A stretch of DNA of 64,000 nt from Waterburya sp. (GTDB lineage Bacteria; Cyanobacteriota; Cyanobacteriia; Cyanobacteriales; Xenococcaceae): contig CBDCJV010000002.1 of the NCBI GenBank assembly GCA_965217895.1, forward strand, positions 1,088,001 to 1,152,000. Reading direction: 5' to 3'. How positions within the stretch are numbered: the first letter of the stretch is position 1; each line of letters begins with the position of its first letter. A program made the position numbers and the translations under genes. Of this stretch, positions 39,752 to 51,094 are shown piece by piece. The notes beneath the pieces are model-generated. The model was not told the origin of the DNA. It did not search any database and was given only the letters and a program-made list of their open reading frames with translations.

Positions 39752-40468
39752 CTAAGCTAAATAGGCTGCAATCCAAAATAAGCTGTCAACTAAAATGGTG
39801 CTTAAGACTGCTCCAGCAAACGCCCACCAGTGTAACTCCATTTTCTTTAAAGACCACCAGCTAACTGCCAGAAGGATATTGACCAGCACGATTGCCCAAC
39901 TTATACCCCAAAGGGTTTGCACCTGAGTTAAGGCTGCCTTAAATATGGGTGAAGCTAAAGCTGGATCTAAATCTACGGTCATTAGCTCGCGCCAGTAGGG
40001 AATGACGTTAACTAGATAAAAATATATATCAGTAATAGCTGTACCTAACAAAGAGCCTAGATAGAAAAAATTGCCAATTTTTCCCCACCCTCGCCAAATA
40101 CACCACAGAGCAAAAGGCAAACCAATAGCTTCAATAGGAAGATGAATTAAAGGCTCGAACCTCAGCCAACCCCAATAAATTGACCCTGCTAACCAACTCC
40201 AGCTAAAGCCGAGGATGATATCTCCCCACCAGCGACTTTGGGGACGCTGATAGAGAAACCAGCCTAATCCAACCCAGAAAAAAGTCAGTAGTAAACTAAT
40301 TTCAGGAAATAGTCTCACAATTGGAGCTTGAAAAAAAACTGGTACTGAAACTAAAAACGAAGCAGTAAAAAATACTCGCCATGCTCTACGCTCCTGATTT
40401 TGTACAGTTAAGCCGAGGATATTAGATGAGTTTAAAGAGGAGCGATCTGAACTAGAAGAGGATATCAC
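39752..40468 (-). CDS. DUF3120 family membrane protein
   Basis: FLVSVPVFFQAP.VR, SW.AGSIYWGWLR.EP..HLP.EAI.LP and FYLGSLLGT..TD.Y. Confidence 0.85.
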   Translation of the reverse strand: MISSSSSDRSSLNSSNILGLTVQNQERRAWRVFFTASFLVSVPVFFQAPIVRLFPEISLLLTFFWVGLGWFLYQRPQSRWWGDIILGFSWSWLAGSIYWGWLRFEPLIHLPIEAIGLPFALWCIWRGWGKIGNFFYLGSLLGTAITDIYFYLVNVIPYWRELMTVDLDPALASPIFKAALTQVQTLWGISWAIVLVNILLAVSWWSLKKMELHWWAFAGAVLSTILVDSLFWIAAYLA

Positions 40469-40711
40469 AGGTAAAAAATAAGTTGCTGGAGTGGACTATT
40501 TCTGATTTTCGTTACGTATATTTACTTTTATTAAAATAACACATTTCTTAATAAAAATGCTGGGGGGGGGGATTAAATTTAAACAAATTTAAGCTTAAAT
40601 ATAATGTTATTATTAATATTAAAAATTAATTTCAAATATTAGGGTTGGGTGAGGTAGTCTAAATAACCTTGCTCTCAATTTCTAAACTATTCAACAGAGG
40701 AAGCAAGAGAA

Positions 40712-40996
40712 ATGTCGATTTATGTCGGTAATCTTAATTATGAGGTTACACCAGAAGACTTACAGTCAGTTTTTGGCGAATATGGGTCTGTCAAGCGCGT
40801 TCATCTTCCCTCAGACCGCGAAACAGGTCGCAAACGAGGTTTTGGCTTTGTAGAGATGGAGACAGACGACCAAGAAACAGCAGCTATTAACACCCTTGAT
40901 GGGGCAGAATGGATGGGGCGTACTTTAAAGGTTAATAAAGCTAGACCTAGAGAATCTAGCGGTAATAATGGTGGTACTCGCAGATTTTCCAATTAA
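40712..40996 (+). CDS. rbp: RRM-type RNA-binding protein (cyanobacterial Rbp)
   Basis: MSIYVGNL (RNP2), RGFGFVEM (RNP1) and LDGAEWMGRTLKVNKARPR. Confidence 0.95.
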   Translation: MSIYVGNLNYEVTPEDLQSVFGEYGSVKRVHLPSDRETGRKRGFGFVEMETDDQETAAINTLDGAEWMGRTLKVNKARPRESSGNNGGTRRFSN

Positions 40997-41293
40997 GGTC
41001 TTTGGCTTTTTTGCGTCTGTATAACTAATTAGTCAACAAGATGTATGGGAAAATCCTCGTATTTAAATTCTTTTTGCTGTCTAAAATTTACTGTAGTAGC
41101 TTGTTTATCTTAAGCTTATTTTAAGATTTGTCCTACTTTTCTTGTATTATAAAATGCTCGACGACTGTTTTAGTCTTAAAGAAGCTACCGCTTATCGCGA
41201 AGCGAAGGCGTGTAAAGTATATCGCTTTGTAGAACATTACTCTTAGTTTATCTTGGCAATTTTGCTTTAAATTAATTATTAAGCCATTCAGCT

Positions 41294-41506
41294 TTAACAA
41301 CGATTAGAAGCATCATGACGGCAGTGGTCGAGATTTTGAATTACAGACTTTCCTCTGTCTATGGCAATTTGCAACGTCGCATAAATTCCTTCAAAACTAA
41401 TAATTGTTCGATCTTGCTCAATAATACTCAATTGATATGAATTTCCTGAGCAATGACAGACAATCAAACTATAGCCATCAATACCCAGTAATGCTTGAAT
41501 TTTCAT
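41294..41506 (-). CDS. Hypothetical small protein
   Basis: ATG at 41506 opens a 70-aa ORF with plausible globular composition; no family recognised. Confidence 0.5.
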   Translation of the reverse strand: MKIQALLGIDGYSLIVCHCSGNSYQLSIIEQDRTIISFEGIYATLQIAIDRGKSVIQNLDHCRHDASNRC

Positions 41507-41680
41507 GACGATTAAAAATGTAGTTTTACTTCCCAACTAATCGTCTTTTATAACTCTAGTTTGTTATTTGTTCAACTTAATTTGAATTAGTTTTTACATC
41601 AACTAAAAGTGTTACAAAATTAAACCGCTTAAAATAAATTGAAATTCAAAAAAAGCTGATTCAATTTTTAATTTAGTATT

Positions 41681-42739
41681 CTATTGATTAGCCATTGGTT
41701 TTTGGCATAATAATAAGCCAAACCATTGTTGCTCATCAGTGTATGTTTGAATCAGATTCAAATTTTGTCCCTTCGCCTCTCCATCAGGCATATTACCTAG
41801 ATACTGTTTCATTTTTTCTAGGTTAAATTTACGGGATATCTCTGTTAATATCTTTTCTCCTTTGTTTAATTTGAGAGTGAGATTAAGATCTTTTAAACTT
41901 ATCAATTGATCTTGTTGAGCGATCAAATACATTTCAATTTGATGTTCATTTGAATTATATATAGCCTGATGTTTAAATAAATCCAGGTTAAAGTTCCCTT
42001 GAAAGCGTTGATTGAGATGTTGCAGCATATTAACATTAAACGCTGCGGTAACGCCTTGAGAATCATTATATGCAGCTTCTAAAATTTCTCTGGGTTTTTG
42101 TAAGTCTATACCTAGTAAAAAATAGTCACCAGGGTTTAAAACTGCGGTAACTTGGTTTATAAAGCGATCGCATATCTTAGCTTCAAAATTGCCAATGCTA
42201 CTGCCCAAAAAGATAATTGTTCGTCTGCCTAATACATAAGAACTTATTTGTTCTAATGCTCGATCGTAAGTAGCAACTTTACCCTGTATTTTTAATTGAG
42301 GATAATTAGCTAATAATTCATAGGCACTATCTTTTAAGATGGTATCACTAACATCAACAGGAGCATAATACAAGCTAGTATTTAAATCTTGATAAGCGTC
42401 TAACAAATAGCGAGTTTTAGTAGAGCTACCACTACCTAACTCAACCAATTCAACAGCCATTGTTTGCTCAACAATTTCAGCAGCATACTGTTTTAAAATA
42501 CTGGCTTCGGTACGGGTAGGATAATATTCTGGTAGCTGGCAAATTTGCTCAAACAATTGAGAGCCTTGGCTATCATAAAAATAACGAGCAGGGATAGATT
42601 TAGGTATATTTCGCAAGCCAGAGATTAAATCTTGGATATCGTTTTTTTCTGCTGTTTTTGCATCTAGTAGATAATCAATTTTTAATCTATCTTCAATAGA
42701 ATTTGACTCATGATTTGTCGAAGGGTAAACAGTTGACAT
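41681..42739 (-). CDS. egtD: L-histidine N-alpha-methyltransferase (ergothioneine biosynthesis)
   Basis: K.IP.RYFYD..GS.LFEQIC.LPEYYPTRTE, ELGSGSSTKT, FLGSSIGN, AYNDSQGVTAAFN and TEISRKF. Confidence 0.93.
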   Translation of the reverse strand: MSTVYPSTNHESNSIEDRLKIDYLLDAKTAEKNDIQDLISGLRNIPKSIPARYFYDSQGSQLFEQICQLPEYYPTRTEASILKQYAAEIVEQTMAVELVELGSGSSTKTRYLLDAYQDLNTSLYYAPVDVSDTILKDSAYELLANYPQLKIQGKVATYDRALEQISSYVLGRRTIIFLGSSIGNFEAKICDRFINQVTAVLNPGDYFLLGIDLQKPREILEAAYNDSQGVTAAFNVNMLQHLNQRFQGNFNLDLFKHQAIYNSNEHQIEMYLIAQQDQLISLKDLNLTLKLNKGEKILTEISRKFNLEKMKQYLGNMPDGEAKGQNLNLIQTYTDEQQWFGLLLCQKPMANQ

Positions 42740-42892
42740 TAATTTTCTAAAATCTAATAAATTTTGGAATCTGAGCGATAGTTTGACAATACAAATGAAC
42801 TATTGCTCAAATTTATTTATACGCTGTAACTTGAAATAATTACCCTATCTTTAATAAGATAAACTTCTTAGACTATACACAATAAAGAGTAA

Positions 42893-44011
<1,119 letters not shown>

Positions 44012-44060
44012 ATCATGCCTGACCGATTTGGTTTGGGGTGAATCAATCAGCAGTAAAAAA

Positions 44061-44094
44061 AGCTTGATATTTATAGCCTTTAAAATATCAAGCT
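44061..44094. terminator. Hairpin downstream of frmA
   Basis: AGCTTGATATTT...AAATATCAAGCT inverted repeat. Confidence 0.45.
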
Positions 44095-44498
44095 CAGAAT
44101 AATTAGCATTTTCAGACAATAGTTGTCTAGTTTAAACTAGGTGACTATTGTTTTGTAAATAATGCCAAGGGAGCTTGGCTTTTTGCTTCCATAAACTGAT
44201 AGTATTTGCAGCCGATAGCAGCAAATACTATAAAAATAAAGATAGCCGAAAATACAGTAGCACGCTCAAACATAGTCTCAAACAATTTGTTTAGCAATAT
44301 CAGTCGTTATATTTAACTATCAGCTATTTTATATAATTTGCCATTGGTTTTTTTACATAACTTTTCTAGCTTGGGCTTTAAGTATTTTCGGTATTTATAT
44401 GTATTGATAGTTATTTTCTCGTAATTATATTTATCACGATCATCAATCTAATTATTTTTAAATTAAACGCTTAAAAAACATGATGTCAAAAATAAAAA

Positions 44499-45929
44499 AT
44501 GAAATATAATCTATTAAAACAATTAAAACTATGTACTAAAAATGAATGGATAAAACAGTATGTAATAGATTCAAACGGCAATATTTATATCAATAATAAA
44601 AATAATAATAGTAGAAATTTATATCAGTTAACCAAGACTAAATTAGCGGAAATATCGTCTTTATTAATTGAGCATAAAAAAACAAAAATATTTATTGTTG
44701 AAACTGAACCAATTAAGTTTTTGGCTGCTTTTTTAGCAGGTGTAATTGCCGAGGTTGATATATTTCTCTGCGATCCTGCATGGCAGCAGCAGGAATGGAG
44801 GCAGGTATTAAAGTTAGTCTCCCCTGACTTGGTATATGGCGATCGCCATACACAAGATTTAATTGTCCAAATAACACCTACGATACAAAATTTAGCAGCT
44901 CAAAAATTTGATTTACCTAAGCAGTCTTTAATTATGATACCGACTGGAGGAACATCTGGTAAAGTTCGTTTTGCTATGCACACCTGGTCAACTTTAACAG
45001 CTTCAGTAAATGCTTTTCAAAATTATTTTAACTGTCAAGAAATAAATTCTTTCTGTACTTTGCCTCTATATCATGTCAGTGGTTTGATGCAGTTTATGCG
45101 CTCGTTTATTACTCAAGGAAAGTTATTGATATGTCCTTATCAAGCAGTTAAAACTCAACCAATTACCGTAATTAATCAATCAGAATATTTTATTTCTTTA
45201 GTTCCAACTCAACTACAGTATTTAATTGAATCTATTCCTGATTGGTTGACTCAGTTCAAAACAGTATTACTAGGTGGCGCACCAACCAGGCGATCGCTTT
45301 TAGAAGACGCTATAACCTACGATATTCCAGTCGCGCTTACCTACGGCATGACAGAAACAGCCTCTGGAATTGTAATCCTAAAACCCGAAGACTTTCTAGC
45401 TGAAAATAACAGTAGCGGTCAAGTTTTACCTCACGCTAAAGTTACTATAGAACCTGAAAATAACCAGTCTTTTAATAATATTGGTTTGGTAAAAATAAAC
45501 TGTGCTTCTTTTTGTTTAGGTTACTATCCCCAGGTTTTTACTCAAGAGTTTATTAGCGACGATCTGGGTTATTTTGATAGCAAAAATTATTTATATCTAC
45601 TAGGTAGAAATAGCCAAAAAATTATTACTGGGGGAGAAAATGTTTTTCCCGCCGAAATTGAAGCTGTAATTTTGGCAACAAAACTAGTCAAAGATGTATG
45701 TGTGGTTGGCATACCAGATAGCAAATGGGGAGAGGTGGTGACGGCTATGTATATTCCCGTAAAGCCAAACCACGATCTACAAATAATTAAGCAGCAAGTC
45801 CAGTCACAGTTGGCTAAATATAAACAACCTAAAAACTGGATTGCCGTTGATAGTTTATTCCGTAATGATAGAGGAAAAGTCAATTATGATAGGATTAAGG
45901 CGATCGCTGAATCAATGATCGATGAATAG
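44499..45929 (+). CDS. menE: 2-succinylbenzoate-CoA ligase (AMP-binding family)
   Basis: IMIPTGGTSG..RFAMHTW, LPLYHVSGLMQ, ISLVPTQL, TYGMTET and IITGGENVFP.E.E. Confidence 0.88.
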   Translation: MKYNLLKQLKLCTKNEWIKQYVIDSNGNIYINNKNNNSRNLYQLTKTKLAEISSLLIEHKKTKIFIVETEPIKFLAAFLAGVIAEVDIFLCDPAWQQQEWRQVLKLVSPDLVYGDRHTQDLIVQITPTIQNLAAQKFDLPKQSLIMIPTGGTSGKVRFAMHTWSTLTASVNAFQNYFNCQEINSFCTLPLYHVSGLMQFMRSFITQGKLLICPYQAVKTQPITVINQSEYFISLVPTQLQYLIESIPDWLTQFKTVLLGGAPTRRSLLEDAITYDIPVALTYGMTETASGIVILKPEDFLAENNSSGQVLPHAKVTIEPENNQSFNNIGLVKINCASFCLGYYPQVFTQEFISDDLGYFDSKNYLYLLGRNSQKIITGGENVFPAEIEAVILATKLVKDVCVVGIPDSKWGEVVTAMYIPVKPNHDLQIIKQQVQSQLAKYKQPKNWIAVDSLFRNDRGKVNYDRIKAIAESMIDE

Positions 45930-45957
45930 TTAGGGACGAACGGCCCTTCGCCCGTAC
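45930..45957. repeat. REP-like palindrome (TAGGGACGAACGGCCCTTCGCCCGTAC)
   Basis: Imperfect GC-rich palindrome right after the menE stop; a half copy GTTCGCCCCTAC lies at 10157-10168. Confidence 0.5.
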
Positions 45958-46019
45958 AATAATCAAGAACCAATTTCACTTAAGCTATAAAGTAGTAACT
46001 AAGCTCTACAGCATTTTTC

Positions 46020-46880
46020 ATGAATATTTGGCAGGCTGATTTTTATCATCTTCCGTCTACAGCAGATCAAGATAGACAATGGGAATTAGTCATTTGCCAG
46101 TCTAATAGCATTGCCTCAGATAATTATGAAGAACAAATAATTTATACAGCACAATGTTCTTCAGCAGATGCCAATGCTGACTGGGTAGAAAAACAAATAT
46201 TGCTAGCAGCAAACGGAAAACTACCTGAGACGATTCAAATCTTTCGTCCCCAATCTCTTGGTCTAATAACTACTGCAAGCTCAAAGTTGGGAATTAAAGT
46301 AGAGGCTACTAGAAACACTAATGTTTTAAAACAAATATTAATCAAAAGACATAAAAATATTCCCAACTATAATCCTTTGGCTTTAGATAAACCACCACCT
46401 CAAGCCTTACCTGAGAGTATCTGGGGAGATGAATGGCAAATAGCCAATATAGCTGCGGGACAGATAGTCGAGCTATTTAGCGATCGCCCTATTCCTATCC
46501 GTAGCGTACCAGAATCATTAACGCCGATCAATTTAGGCATCTCTTCTGACATTCCTATCCCTGGCATAGTTGTCTATGGTGGCAGGAAATCAATGCAGCT
46601 TGCTCGTTGGATAGATCGACAAGTACCCGCTTATGTTGACTACATTCCCACCGAAGTTGGTCAATCTGGAGGCTTTATTTTAGAAACTGGCTTAGCAGAT
46701 CGTTGGATATTTAATACTTTTGAGTCGGCACAGGCTGCTGAGATTGCTAAAGCTTATGAACAAAAAAAGCTAGATAGCAAAGGACTACATTTTTTACTGA
46801 TTCAACCCGATGACTCTGGAATGACAACTACTGCTTTTTGGTTGTTACGTGAATCTAATGGCTACGAAAACCAAAATTAG
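46020..46880 (+). CDS. Tab2/Atab2 family RNA-binding protein
   Basis: IWQADFY, WELVIC, FRPQ, PPPQALPE..WGD.W, LETGL.DRW and GLHFLL.QPDDSG. Confidence 0.9.
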   Translation: MNIWQADFYHLPSTADQDRQWELVICQSNSIASDNYEEQIIYTAQCSSADANADWVEKQILLAANGKLPETIQIFRPQSLGLITTASSKLGIKVEATRNTNVLKQILIKRHKNIPNYNPLALDKPPPQALPESIWGDEWQIANIAAGQIVELFSDRPIPIRSVPESLTPINLGISSDIPIPGIVVYGGRKSMQLARWIDRQVPAYVDYIPTEVGQSGGFILETGLADRWIFNTFESAQAAEIAKAYEQKKLDSKGLHFLLIQPDDSGMTTTAFWLLRESNGYENQN

Positions 46881-46914
46881 AAGCTGAAGTGCTATATAAC
46901 TTTTGGGATGTCAC

Positions 46915-48096
46915 TTAGCTTTGAGAAAGACGCTTTACTGGTGCGCCTCCAAGTAGTTCGTCTGTTTCCATTAAAAGATCGGGAATTTCTTGAGCAAACG
47001 GGCTTGACGCTAAACAAGATTGGAGATTTAGCTGCTTTACTTTATCTGCTTTTGCCCCAGGAAACCAATGACCCGCATTAGTAAGCAAATTATATCGCGC
47101 CTGACCATATTCAGTCATGTCGTAAGCCAAAGCCAAATTACGCAACCATAAAATTATCGGCAGATTAATATTGCCTGGAGTCTCTTCGTAACTAGGTAAA
47201 CCAATTTGCCAATTATCTAGCCAATCTTTGCCCAATACGGCGATCGCTTCTTGTTCTAGACGCTCTACAATAGGTGGTAATATTTCATCTGCGCGATCGA
47301 GTAAAGGTAAAACTTTTAGGTGTTCATCAAAATCTGCTGGATTTGCTGCACCCAAGCTTAGGGTATGCACTTGAGAATGAGACAGGCAAAACAAGTCATT
47401 AAAGACCATCGGGCTAAGGGGTTGGCACAATTCTACTAGCTTGGACGGTGGATTATAAAGATGTCCTCCTTTATCTGATGGGGAAATAATAAATACCCCC
47501 ATATCTTGCCGTTGTGCCGCTTCTATGGCTGACCAATTCCATTGATTGATGTAATACCAGTGCAGATTTACATAGTCAAATTCACCAGTTTCAATCGCTT
47601 TAGTGATGATTTCTGTAGACCCGTGGGTAGAAAAGCCAATGTGTCTGACTTTACCGACCGCCTTCAGTTTTTTGGCTTCGTCAAGACAGCCTCCAGGATC
47701 TACAGCTTGTTGAAATGTTTCTTCATTATTAATCCCGTGGATGCCCAAAAGATCTACATATTCTAATTGGCAAAAGTTAAGAGATTGCTGAAATTGACGA
47801 CGAAATTCTAAAGGATCGGGACTTGGTGATACTTTGGTTTGAAAAATTAACTTTTCTCTGGGAAATTGAGGTAGTATCCGACCCAACTGCATTTCAGAAC
47901 TACCATAACCCCTAGCCGTTTCAATATGATTAATCCCTAGCTCAAATGAACGCTGAATTGTTGCTTCTAGATTGTGCTGATTAGCTGTGGGTATTTGGGA
48001 TTGGGGCAAATCTTGCCACTTATATTGATATCTCATGCCTCCACAGGAGAAAATGGGCATTTGTAACTCTGTACGACCAAATCGCCGATATTGCAT
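46915..48096 (-). CDS. Aldo/keto reductase family protein
   Basis: MQYRRFGRTEL, GINHIETARGYG.SE, G.VRHIGFSTHG and YVNLHWY. Confidence 0.9.
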   Translation of the reverse strand: MQYRRFGRTELQMPIFSCGGMRYQYKWQDLPQSQIPTANQHNLEATIQRSFELGINHIETARGYGSSEMQLGRILPQFPREKLIFQTKVSPSPDPLEFRRQFQQSLNFCQLEYVDLLGIHGINNEETFQQAVDPGGCLDEAKKLKAVGKVRHIGFSTHGSTEIITKAIETGEFDYVNLHWYYINQWNWSAIEAAQRQDMGVFIISPSDKGGHLYNPPSKLVELCQPLSPMVFNDLFCLSHSQVHTLSLGAANPADFDEHLKVLPLLDRADEILPPIVERLEQEAIAVLGKDWLDNWQIGLPSYEETPGNINLPIILWLRNLALAYDMTEYGQARYNLLTNAGHWFPGAKADKVKQLNLQSCLASSPFAQEIPDLLMETDELLGGAPVKRLSQS

Positions 48097-48181
48097 AATC
48101 AAACTATCTTTATTCTTTTAATCTCTATCAGTATTATTTTAGGTATTATTTGCTGATGGCAGGGGCAATCTAGGAAGAAAA

Positions 48182-48868
48182 ATGAAAATATTGTTGGTGG
48201 ATGACGAAACTGAATTAAGCGATCCTTTAAGTAGAATCTTATTACAGGAAGGATATGAGGTAGATATAGCCAATGATGGTGCAGTGGGAATGAAGCTAGC
48301 ATTGCAAAATCAGTATGATTTGCTGATTTTAGATTGGATGCTACCTGATAAATCAGGGTTAGAAATTTGTCGTGAAGTGCGATCGCAATTTTTAGCAACT
48401 CCTGTCCTATTTTTAACGGCTAAAGATACGGTAGACGATCGCGTTGAAGGCTTAGATGCAGGGGCAGATGATTATCTGATGAAGCCTTTTGAGCTTAGGG
48501 AATTATTGGCTAGAGTCCGCGCTTTGCTGCGTCGCTCTAGTTTGGAGCATTCAGGTGATTACCCTAGCGATCGCCTACAAGTAGCAGACATAGAATTAGA
48601 CATCGCCAATCAGGTAGCATATCGCCAAGGCAAGGCGATCGATCTCTCAGAAAAAGAAATTGAACTACTCAAATACTTTATGCTGCACCCCGATCGCTTA
48701 TTAACCCACGCAGAAATCTATAGTTATCTCTGGCAAACAGAAGAAGAACCGAGCAGTAATGTCTTGGCTGCTTTAGTGCGACTGTTACGGCGAAAAATCG
48801 AAATAAAAGGACAGGCACAGTTAATTCATACCGTTTATGGCAAGGGTTATCGTTTTGGTGTTAGCTGA
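48182..48868 (+). CDS. rppA: OmpR-family response regulator (RppA-like)
   Basis: REC domain (LVDDE, LDWMLP, LTAKD, GADDY..KPF) plus winged helix (SSNVLAALVRLLRRKIE...TVYGKGY). The gene symbol is tentative. Confidence 0.85.
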   Translation: MKILLVDDETELSDPLSRILLQEGYEVDIANDGAVGMKLALQNQYDLLILDWMLPDKSGLEICREVRSQFLATPVLFLTAKDTVDDRVEGLDAGADDYLMKPFELRELLARVRALLRRSSLEHSGDYPSDRLQVADIELDIANQVAYRQGKAIDLSEKEIELLKYFMLHPDRLLTHAEIYSYLWQTEEEPSSNVLAALVRLLRRKIEIKGQAQLIHTVYGKGYRFGVS

Positions 48869-48886
48869 AATTTGCAACAAGATCGT

Positions 48887-51094
48887 CTAAGACTGACTAA
48901 TTAGTTGCTCGGCAGATTCACTATCCAATGCTTCAGAGAAGAGATATCCTTGTCCCAACTGACAATTGAAGGTTTGTAAAATTTTTAATTGCCTTAAATT
49001 TTCAACTCCCTCAGCAATTACGTCAATTTTTAAAGTTCTGGCTAAAGAAATAATCATCTTGACAATTTCAAAATTTTCCTTGTCTTTCAACATTCCTTCA
49101 ATAAAAGAGCGATCAATTTTGAGGGTGCTAATGGGAAAACGATTTAGGTACTGCAAGGATGAATAGCCAGTCCCAAAATCATCAATATTAAAATTAATTC
49201 CTCTAGCTTTGATTTGATTAAATAAAGCAATTGTTTCTGGCTGATGATCCATCAGAGTGCTTTCAGTAATTTCTAAATTTAGACAATCACCAGACAACCG
49301 ATTTTTCTTTAAAATTGTCTTTAACTGAGCTAGAAAATTAGGATTTTTGATTTGTTGATTAGTCACATTAACGCTCATTTTTAAATCTGCTGCACCAGGA
49401 TGTTTAAGCTGCCATCTGTGCATTTGACGACAAGCTTCTTCTAAGACCCATTCGCCAATATTAATAATTAGTCCCGTTTCCTCAGCAATATGAATAAATT
49501 TCTCAGGAGACAAGCAACCTTTTGTCGGATGATTCCAGCGCAATAAAGCCTCAAAACCATATAAGACGTTGTTGTCAAAAGAAACAATGGGTTGATAGTG
49601 AAGGGTTAATTCATTTTGCGATAATGCCCGTCGTAAATCATTTTCAATCTCTAATAGTTCTTTAGTCTCGGCATACATTTCTTGGTCAAATACCTCATGT
49701 CTTGCCTTACCTAGAGACTTGGCGCGATACATAGCAATATCTGAATCACGCAAAATTTCTGAACTATCTTGATATTGATTATTGCCCATGACAATGCCAA
49801 TGCTGGCACTAGTAAAGACAGTATGACCTTGAAGGCTAAAAGAGTAGGCTAGCTTAGTTTGAATTCTGCCAGCAATAATATTGCCTTCCTCTATGGTTTC
49901 AACTTGGTCTAGGAGGATAGTAAACTCATCTCCTCCCAAACGAGCAACAAAATCTTGAGAACGAGAACATTCGAGTAAAATTGCGGCGACATTGATTAAT
50001 AGTTCATCGCCAACTAAATGTCCCAAACTATCGTTAACGATTTTAAAGCGGTCTAAATCAATAAACAAAACGGCAAACAGATAATTGGGATCTCTTTTAC
50101 ATTGTTTTAACGCTTCTTCAACTCGTTCAATAAAGGCTGCACGATTAGGCAATTTAGTTAAAGAGTCGTGTTTGGCTTCATAACTTAATTCAGATTCAAC
50201 CTGTTTTCTTTGAGTGATGTCACAGATAATTCCGTCTCGGCGATGAGCCTTGCCAGTTTTATCAAAGATTAAGCGACTGCGTTCCCATACCCAGCGCACT
50301 TCGCCATTGGGTTGAATAATTCTATATTCAAGATCGTTGCTATGATTAAAAGAGCTAGCTAAAGACAACTCAACGCGATCGCGATCTTCAGGATGAATTG
50401 ACTCTAGGCGTAAATCAGGATTATCTAATAATTCTGCCACTGAGCGACCATATACCTGCCGTGCTGCGGGATTGAGAAAAAGCAAATTACTAGTAGTCAC
50501 ATCCGCCGACCAAACTACTTCTTCTAAAGAATTGAGAATACTTTCTAGTCTGGCTTCACTTGCTTGGAAAAGTTGAGTAATTTCCTCGCGCTCTTTAATT
50601 TCATGCTTTAATTCTTGATTGGCTTGTTCTAATTGTGCCGTACGCTCTTGAATCCGCTGCTCTAGTTCGGCGTTGAGCTTTTGTATTTCTCTTTGAGCAA
50701 ACTTAAGTTTTAGCTGGTTATTGATCCGCAATAGTACTTCATTGATTTGAAACGGTTTGTCAATAAAGTCTACTCCACCAGCACTCAAGGCTTTGACTCG
50801 ATCGACAGGATCGTTGCTGGCACTCAAGAAAATGATCGGAATATCTTGAGTAATGCTATTGGCTTTAAGCTGTTCACAAACTTGATAGCCATTTAGTCCC
50901 GGCATAATCAAATCTAGCAAGATTAAATCGGGAATTACTGAATTAGCTACCCTCAATGCCATTTCACCGTTGATTACACCTTTAGCTTCGTAGTTTTCTT
51001 TGGTCAAAGCCTCGGACAGTAGATGAAGATTTTCAGGCTTGTCATCAACGATTAAAATCTTGGCTCTCGTCTGCTTTAAAGTCGAAACGCTCAT
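48887..51094 (-). CDS. REC-PAS-GGDEF-EAL diguanylate cyclase/phosphodiesterase
   Basis: ILIVDD...PDLILLD, IHPEDR (PAS), ARLGGDEF, FEALLRW and DDFGTGYSSL. Confidence 0.95.
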   Translation of the reverse strand: MSVSTLKQTRAKILIVDDKPENLHLLSEALTKENYEAKGVINGEMALRVANSVIPDLILLDLIMPGLNGYQVCEQLKANSITQDIPIIFLSASNDPVDRVKALSAGGVDFIDKPFQINEVLLRINNQLKLKFAQREIQKLNAELEQRIQERTAQLEQANQELKHEIKEREEITQLFQASEARLESILNSLEEVVWSADVTTSNLLFLNPAARQVYGRSVAELLDNPDLRLESIHPEDRDRVELSLASSFNHSNDLEYRIIQPNGEVRWVWERSRLIFDKTGKAHRRDGIICDITQRKQVESELSYEAKHDSLTKLPNRAAFIERVEEALKQCKRDPNYLFAVLFIDLDRFKIVNDSLGHLVGDELLINVAAILLECSRSQDFVARLGGDEFTILLDQVETIEEGNIIAGRIQTKLAYSFSLQGHTVFTSASIGIVMGNNQYQDSSEILRDSDIAMYRAKSLGKARHEVFDQEMYAETKELLEIENDLRRALSQNELTLHYQPIVSFDNNVLYGFEALLRWNHPTKGCLSPEKFIHIAEETGLIINIGEWVLEEACRQMHRWQLKHPGAADLKMSVNVTNQQIKNPNFLAQLKTILKKNRLSGDCLNLEITESTLMDHQPETIALFNQIKARGINFNIDDFGTGYSSLQYLNRFPISTLKIDRSFIEGMLKDKENFEIVKMIISLARTLKIDVIAEGVENLRQLKILQTFNCQLGQGYLFSEALDSESAEQLISQS

